DNA from: Candidatus Saccharimonadota bacterium
Lineage (GTDB): Bacteria > Pseudomonadota > Gammaproteobacteria > Enterobacterales > Enterobacteriaceae
Length of the DNA: 32,000 nucleotides
Assembly: GCF_004296535.1 (NCBI RefSeq)
Contig: NZ_AP018159.1
Location: 187,842 to 219,841, forward strand
Direction of reading: 5' to 3'
A program made the translations under genes and the position numbers. The notes under the pieces are model-generated. The model ran no database searches. It was not told where the DNA came from and saw only the letters and a list, made by a program, of their open reading frames with translations. Shown here in pieces: positions 26,705 through 32,000 of the stretch (its first letter is position 1; each line of letters begins with the position of its first letter).

Positions 26705-26849
26705 TTTTCAACCTTTAATATTTATTTTTTAAAGTAAAATTTTTAATTATAAAATACCTATAAGTATTATATAATAAATTATATAAAAATAATAAATTAA
26801 TACATTTAAATCATAATAATATAAATTTAATTATCATAAAAATATTTTT

Positions 26850-27287
26850 ATGAAAAAAAACAACGTAATTATTAAAAATAAAAATATATATAAATATATA
26901 ATAGATTATGAAATAGATGCTGGAATTGTTTTATTAGGATGGGAAGTAAAATCATTAAGATATAAAAAAGTTGATATAAATAACAGTAATATAATTATAA
27001 AAAATAATGAAATTTATTTAATTGATTCTAAATTTAATTTAAATTTATATAAAGAAAAAAAAATTGATTACTCTACTAATAGAATAAAAAAATTACTTTT
27101 AAATAAAAAAGAAATATATAAATTATACAGTAAGTTAAAAAATAAAATTATATATATATTTCCTATTTATATATTTTGGAATAATAATTATGCAAAATTA
27201 AAAATAGGAATTGGAAAAAAAAATAATAATTATAAAAAAAAAAATAAATTAAATAATAAAAAAAATATTTTAAATTATTTATATTAA
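26850..27287 (+). CDS. smpB: SsrA-binding protein SmpB
   Basis: 'EIDAGIVLLGWEVKSLR' resembles E. coli 'EFEAGLALQGWEVKSLR'. 'RIKKLLLNKKEI' resembles 'RTRKLLLNQREL'. It has a basic C-terminal tail and lies immediately upstream of the tmRNA gene. Confidence 0.88.
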   Translation: MKKNNVIIKNKNIYKYIIDYEIDAGIVLLGWEVKSLRYKKVDINNSNIIIKNNEIYLIDSKFNLNLYKEKKIDYSTNRIKKLLLNKKEIYKLYSKLKNKIIYIFPIYIFWNNNYAKLKIGIGKKNNNYKKKNKLNNKKNILNYLY

Positions 27288-27330
27288 ATATTAACATTAT
27301 ATATAATTTTTGATATAATTAATTTAATTA

Positions 27331-27693
27331 GGGACTGATTGGTATAGACAAAATTATTTATATTATTTTGTGCATGTCAAGATTGGAAGTTCTTGTAAAA
27401 AATCCAATAAAATGCTTGCAAAACAAGCTAATTTTGAATCTGTAGCTATACATTAGTTTAGTTACTATTCCTTCTATTCTTAAATTACGCTTTATAAATT
27501 TAAGATGTGAAGTAATTTAAATATAAAGCAAATATTAAAATATAACTAAGAATATTTAATATTTAAATTAAATCTTAGTCGATTATCTAATTAATTTCTT
27601 TTCTTTAATAGATAATTGTAAATAAGAAAAGATAAACATGTAGTACAATTAATATAAAAATTTTGGACGTGGGTTCGATTCCCACCAGTTCCA
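27331..27693 (+). ncRNA. ssrA: tmRNA (SsrA), about 363 nt, no encoded CCA
   Basis: The 5' end gggactgatt... resembles E. coli GGGGCUGAUU. The 3' end ggacgtgggttcgattcccaccagttcca resembles GGACGCGGGUUCAACUCCCGCCAGCUCCA. Acceptor gggactg/cagttcc keeps the G3-U70 alanine identity pair. 'gtgcatgtcaag' and 'catgtagtac' match conserved E. coli blocks. The tag ORF starts at resume codon gca 27418 and ends at stop tag 27454-27456, reading AKQANFESVAIH. The ends are from hand alignment and are accurate to within a few nt. Confidence 0.85.
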
Positions 27694-27712
27694 AAATTAA
27701 TATGTAGTTTTT

Positions 27713-29371
27713 ATGATAAAAAATAATAATAGTATTGTTTATAAAAAAACAATATTAGTAACAACAGCTTTTCCTTATTCAAATGGTTGTTTACATTTAG
27801 GTCATATATTAGAAAATATTCAAGCTGATATATATGTTAGATTTAATAAATTAATAAATAATAATATATATTTTATATCATCTGATGATTCTCATGGTAC
27901 TCCAATTATGTTAAAATCTATTTATTTAAATATAAATCCAAATATATTAATTAAATTTTTTTATAAAAATCATAAAAAAATTTTTAAAAAGTACTATATT
28001 AATTTTGATTATTATGGAAAAACTCATAATAAAGAAAATTATAGATTGTTAATAAAAATATTTAGTATTTTAAAGAAAAAAAAAATGTTGATTAATAAAA
28101 AAATAAATCAATTATATGATGAAAAAAAATCTATGTTTTTACCAGATAGAATGATAATTGGAATATGTCCTATATGTAAAAGCCCTAATCAATATGGAGA
28201 TAATTGTAATTTATGTAATTCAGTATATAATGCAATTGATTTAATTAATCCAATATCTGTAATTTCAAAAAAAAAACCTATTATCAAAACATCTAATCAT
28301 ATACTTTTTAATATTAATGCAATAAAAAATGATATTTTATATACTATTAAAAATGATATAAAACTACAAAAATCAATATTTAAAAAATCAATAGAATGGT
28401 TCTATTCAAAATTAAAACCATGGGATATCTCAAGAGATCATCCATATTTTGGATTTAAAATACCAAATTATCATAATAAGTTTTTTTACGTATGGTTAGA
28501 TGCTACTATAGGATATATAAGCTCTTCTAAAACATTATTTAAATATAAAAATATAAATTATCTTGATTTTTGGGGGAAAAATTCAAAATATAAAATATGT
28601 CAATTTATAGGAAAAGATATATCATATTTTCATGTTTTATTTTTACCAGCAATTCTTATTTGTATTAATTTTAAAAAACCTGATAATATATTTATACATG
28701 GACATTTAACTATAAAAAATAAAAAAATGTCTAAATCTTTATTTAATTATATAAATGCAAATAATTTTTTAAAATATATAGAATCTGATTACATTAGATA
28801 TTATTTTGCATCTAAATTATCTAATAAAGTAATAGATATTAATTTTGATATATATGAATTAACTTATAAAGTAAATAATATTTTAATAAATAAAATATTA
28901 AATATAGGTTCAAGATGTTCTAAATTAATAAATATATATTATAATAATAATATTTTTTATAATAAGTTAATATATAAAGATAATTTATATAAAGATTTCA
29001 TATATATATCAAATTATATTTGGTATATGTATGAAAATTTAGAATATTATAAAATAATAAATATCATAGAAAAATTATCTGACAATATAAATAAATACAT
29101 TTCAATTAATAAACCATGGAGTATTAAAAATAATAATACAAAAATAGTATTATCTACATCAATTAATTTATTTAAAATAATTATTTTTTATATGAAACCT
29201 ATAATACCAAAAATTTTTTTAGAAATAGAAAATTTTTTAAATCTTAAAATAAATATAAATAATTTTTACAAAATTATACCAAATAATCATAAAATAAATA
29301 ATTTTAGTAGTAAGTTTATTAAAATAGATATAAATCATTTAAAAAATAATCTAAATAAAAATCTATTTTAA
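27713..29371 (+). CDS. metG: Methionyl-tRNA synthetase (core only, 552 aa)
   Basis: 'FPYSNGCLHLGHILENIQADIYVRF' resembles E. coli '[25 protein letters not shown]'. The zinc knuckle 'CPICKSPNQYGDNCNLCNS' resembles 'CPKCKSPDQYGDNCEVCGA'. 'KMSKS' is present. Confidence 0.95.
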   Translation: MIKNNNSIVYKKTILVTTAFPYSNGCLHLGHILENIQADIYVRFNKLINNNIYFISSDDSHGTPIMLKSIYLNINPNILIKFFYKNHKKIFKKYYINFDYYGKTHNKENYRLLIKIFSILKKKKMLINKKINQLYDEKKSMFLPDRMIIGICPICKSPNQYGDNCNLCNSVYNAIDLINPISVISKKKPIIKTSNHILFNINAIKNDILYTIKNDIKLQKSIFKKSIEWFYSKLKPWDISRDHPYFGFKIPNYHNKFFYVWLDATIGYISSSKTLFKYKNINYLDFWGKNSKYKICQFIGKDISYFHVLFLPAILICINFKKPDNIFIHGHLTIKNKKMSKSLFNYINANNFLKYIESDYIRYYFASKLSNKVIDINFDIYELTYKVNNILINKILNIGSRCSKLINIYYNNNIFYNKLIYKDNLYKDFIYISNYIWYMYENLEYYKIINIIEKLSDNINKYISINKPWSIKNNNTKIVLSTSINLFKIIIFYMKPIIPKIFLEIENFLNLKININNFYKIIPNNHKINNFSSKFIKIDINHLKNNLNKNLF

Positions 29372-29422
29372 TTAGAAAAAATAAAAAATATATGCAATAT
29401 ATATAAATATAATTTATATTTT

Positions 29423-30814
29423 TTATTTTCCTATACAAAACTTAGAAAAAATTTTTTCTAATATGTTTTCATTTTTATTATTATTATTTATATAATCTAA
29501 AATTAAATTTTTTATATCTTTTATATATTTTGAAAAAATAACAAAATTTGATAAATATGATAAATTTAATATATTAATAATTTTTTTTAATAATTCTATC
29601 TGTCTAGAATTTATAAAAAAATTTATATTTTTTATATTTTTTTTTATTAAAAATTTTAAATATTTATTTAACATTTTTATTCCATATTTTTTTTTTGCTG
29701 AAATATAAATAATATTAATATTATTTATATTCTTTATACATATTTTTTCATTATATATATCAGACTTATTTTTTATTATCGTATATGGTATATTTTTTAT
29801 ATTATTTATATTAATATTATTATTTTTTAATAAATTATTTATAATATTATCAATATTTATATTTTTTGTATTTAATTCTTTATCTATTACATATAAAATA
29901 TGATCAGAATTTATTATCTTTTCTATTGTTTTTTCTATTCCCAACAATTCTAACTTATCATTTGTTTCTCTTATACCAGCTGTATCATAAATATTAAATA
30001 ATATTCCATTTATCCATAAATTATAATCAACTACATCTCTAGTAGTACCTGATATATTTGAAATTATAGATTTATTCTCATTTATTAAAGCATTAAATAA
30101 TGTAGATTTTCCTACATTAGTGTCTCCAATTATAGATATTTTTATTCCATTAAATATAGATTTACTTATATTAAAATTTTCAATATTTTTATTTATATCT
30201 TGTATTAAAGAATTTCTTATATAATTTATTTTTTTTAAAATATAATTTTCATCTATATCATATTCTGAAAAATTAATATAGGTTTCTAATAATATATGTA
30301 ATTCATCTATTTTTTCTAAAAAAATATTTAATTTTTCTAAAAAGATATTATATAAAGATTTTATAGACATTTTTGCTGATAATATAGATTCAGAATTTAT
30401 TAAATTTAATATAGCTTCTGATTGATCTAAATTAATCTTATTATTTATATAAGATCTAAAACTGAATTCTCCTGGATAAGACAATCTTATTTTTATTTTT
30501 TTTATTATTATATCAATAATATAATTTAACATTATTGGATTTCCATGAGTTTGAAATTCTAATACATCTTCACCAGTAAAAGAATTCGGTTTTTTAAATA
30601 AAATCAATATACCGTTATCTAATTTTTCATTATTATATGGATTAATAAATATTGAAAAAGTTGCATATCTTGGTTTAAGTTTTTTATTAAAAAAAATTTT
30701 AGATATTAATTCTGATTTAGAACCTGATATTCTAATTATTCCTATGCCTCCTTTTCCTATTGGTGTAGAAATAGCTATTATTGTATCATTAATATTTAAA
30801 AAATATTTATTCAT
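29423..30814 (-). CDS. mnmE: tRNA modification GTPase MnmE (TrmE)
   Basis: '[22 protein letters not shown]' resembles E. coli '[22 protein letters not shown]'. The G-domain has '[14 protein letters not shown]' and 'DTAGIR'. The invariant C-terminal 'CIGK' is present. The yidC-mnmE order is conserved. Confidence 0.92.
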   Translation of the reverse strand: [463 protein letters not shown]

Positions 30815-31457
30815 TATTAATATTATTTTTTTTTAAATTAAAATTTCTAAGTATTATAATTTGTTGAATTATAGTAATAATATTATTTACTAAATAATAT
30901 AAAACTAATCCAGATGGAATAAATAAAAATAATATTGTAAATAAAATAGATATAATTATTATATTAATTAAATTAATATTACCAATAATATCTGATATAT
31001 TTTTTTGTAAAAAAACTATAGTTATACCAACTAATAATGGTAAAATAAAATAAGGATCTTTATGTAATAAATTATTTATCCATAAAAAATTTTTATTATC
31101 AAATTCTTTAAAATCTGTAAATATTTTATATAAAGAAAAAAATATAGGAATTTGTAAAAAAATAAATAATATATTTTTAATAATATTAATATTTTTATCT
31201 TTATATAAAAATAAAATTTTTTCATTTCTTGAATTTTTATTGTCTTTATAACAATTATTTATATTATTTAATTCTGATTTTAATGAATTTAATTTTATAT
31301 AAGATATAAATTGATATTTTACTAATGGATAAGTTATTATTTTTATTAAAGTAATTATTATTATAATGGAAAAACCTAAATTTTTAACATAATTATTAAT
31401 TATTATTAATAATTTTAAGATATAAAATGTTACATATTTATGATATAAATTACTCAT
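30807..31457 (-). CDS. yidC: Membrane protein insertase YidC, core only (216 aa, no P1 domain)
   Basis: '[20 protein letters not shown]' resembles E. coli '[20 protein letters not shown]' (TM2). '[10 protein letters not shown]' resembles 'IQMPIFLALY'. '[20 protein letters not shown]' resembles '[20 protein letters not shown]'. '[20 protein letters not shown]' resembles '[20 protein letters not shown]'. Confidence 0.88.
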   Translation of the reverse strand: [216 protein letters not shown]

Positions 31458-31468
31458 ATTTATTATCT

Positions 31469-31798
31469 TTATTTTTTAATTAAAAAATTGTTAATATCTT
31501 TAATAATATATTCTTTATTAATTAATAAACTTTTTTTAAAAATAATTAAAACATCAAAATTTTCAAATCTATTTTTATTTTTTCTAAAAAATTCTTTTAA
31601 TATCCTTTTGAAATAATTTCTTAAAAAAGATTTATTAATTATTTTCTTTTTTATTATAAATCCTATTCTTGGATAATTAAAATTATTTTTTAAATAATTA
31701 ATTATTATGTAATTTAAAATAATTTTTTTAGAAAAAGTTAATAATTTAATATAATCATTTTTTTTTCTTATTATTAATTTTTTTTTAAGAGTATTCAT
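31469..31798 (-). CDS. rnpA: RNase P protein component
   Basis: '[31 protein letters not shown]' resembles E. coli '[31 protein letters not shown]' (RNR-motif region). It is 109 aa. It lies in the rpmH-rnpA-yidC position. Confidence 0.8.
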   Translation of the reverse strand: MNTLKKKLIIRKKNDYIKLLTFSKKIILNYIIINYLKNNFNYPRIGFIIKKKIINKSFLRNYFKRILKEFFRKNKNRFENFDVLIIFKKSLLINKEYIIKDINNFLIKK

Positions 31799-31950
31799 TT
31801 ATGATATTTTATTACTTTTGGTATTAAATGTAATCTTCCTTTTTTTCTTCTATTTGATATAATTTTTCTACCAGATTTAGTAGACATTCTTGATCTAAAT
31901 CCTAATTTTCTAATTCTTTTTATTTTAGATGGTTGAAATGTTCTTTTCAT
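31795..31950 (-). CDS. rpmH: 50S ribosomal protein L34 (absent from the supplied ORF track)
   Basis: The hand-translated reverse strand reads [51 protein letters not shown]. This compares with E. coli L34 [46 protein letters not shown]. The TGA stop (31795-31797) overlaps the rnpA ATG in an ATGA junction. Confidence 0.92.
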   Translation of the reverse strand: MKRTFQPSKIKRIRKLGFRSRMSTKSGRKIISNRRKKGRLHLIPKVIKYHK

Positions 31951-32000
31951 TTATTTTTTATTTAATTAAAACTTATTAAAAATAAATATTATAATAACAT

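Noticed and set aside
26705-26849. A sigma-32 heat-shock promoter upstream of grpE, and -10/-35 promoters in the divergent spacers 3633-3713, 5630-5724, 14567-14596 and 25410-25469.
   Set aside because: I could not recognise a CTTGAA...CCCCAT-like element on the grpE strand. TATAAT-like hexamers occur almost everywhere in this sequence, so any promoter call would be unsupported.
1-32000. A possible novel defence, mobile or accessory system, as hinted by the task.
   Set aside because: Every ORF of 60 aa or more is accounted for by a housekeeping orthologue in conserved enterobacterial order. The largest non-coding gaps are about 170 bp or less. I see no integrase or transposase motifs, no direct-repeat arrays and no composition island other than RNA genes and cspC. 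Claiming a system here would be invention.
1-32000. An alternative genetic code (UGA=Trp), as in some tiny symbionts.
   Set aside because: Conserved Trp residues are encoded by TGG, for example KWFN in cspC and GNGRWA in uppS. Full-length orthologues are obtained with the standard code. TGA terminates rpmH at about the expected length.
31951-32000. A possible replication origin or DnaA boxes next to rpmH at the right edge.
   Set aside because: Only 50 bp are visible. I found no TTATCCACA-like box there or elsewhere on my read-through. Whether dnaA or an origin follows cannot be judged from this window.

Overview
This window is an extremely A+T-rich, almost gap-free stretch of a highly reduced gammaproteobacterial (Enterobacterales-like) genome. 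It resembles obligate insect endosymbionts of the Buchnera/Wigglesworthia/Blochmannia type, but I cannot name the organism from sequence alone. Every long ORF has a recognisable E. coli housekeeping orthologue. Gene order is a chain of collapsed E. coli synteny blocks: porin-ddlA | glnS / tRNA-Met-Leu-Gln | xthA | map / rpsB-tsf-frr-uppS-bamA-dnaE | cspC-manX(EIIA only)-tsaB | der-hisS | glyS-glyQ | mepM-ruvC-aspS | rnc-lepB | ung-grpE-smpB-ssrA | metG | mnmE-yidC-rnpA-rpmH. I call 31 protein genes, 3 tRNAs, one tmRNA, one plausible bidirectional terminator and several in-frame simple repeats. One protein gene, rpmH, is missing from the supplied ORF track. The genetic code looks standard: TGG encodes conserved Trp, and TAA and TGA act as stops. 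I see no transposase, integrase, phage, CRISPR, toxin-antitoxin or defence-like gene, and no unassigned ORF. No intergenic gap is longer than about 170 bp. I therefore do not find a credible candidate for a novel multi-gene system, and this is core, not accessory, DNA. The points worth a second look are products of reductive evolution. They include a DnaE that stops right after its internal clamp-binding motif, a YidC without its periplasmic domain, an orphan mannose-PTS EIIA domain and a tmRNA whose tag has lost the canonical ...ALAA end. They also include tRNA and tmRNA genes without encoded CCA, very long poly(A) tracts inside essential genes, and clean excision of the lipid A cluster next to a retained bamA. 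All E. coli lengths, motifs and gene orders are quoted from memory, not from a search.
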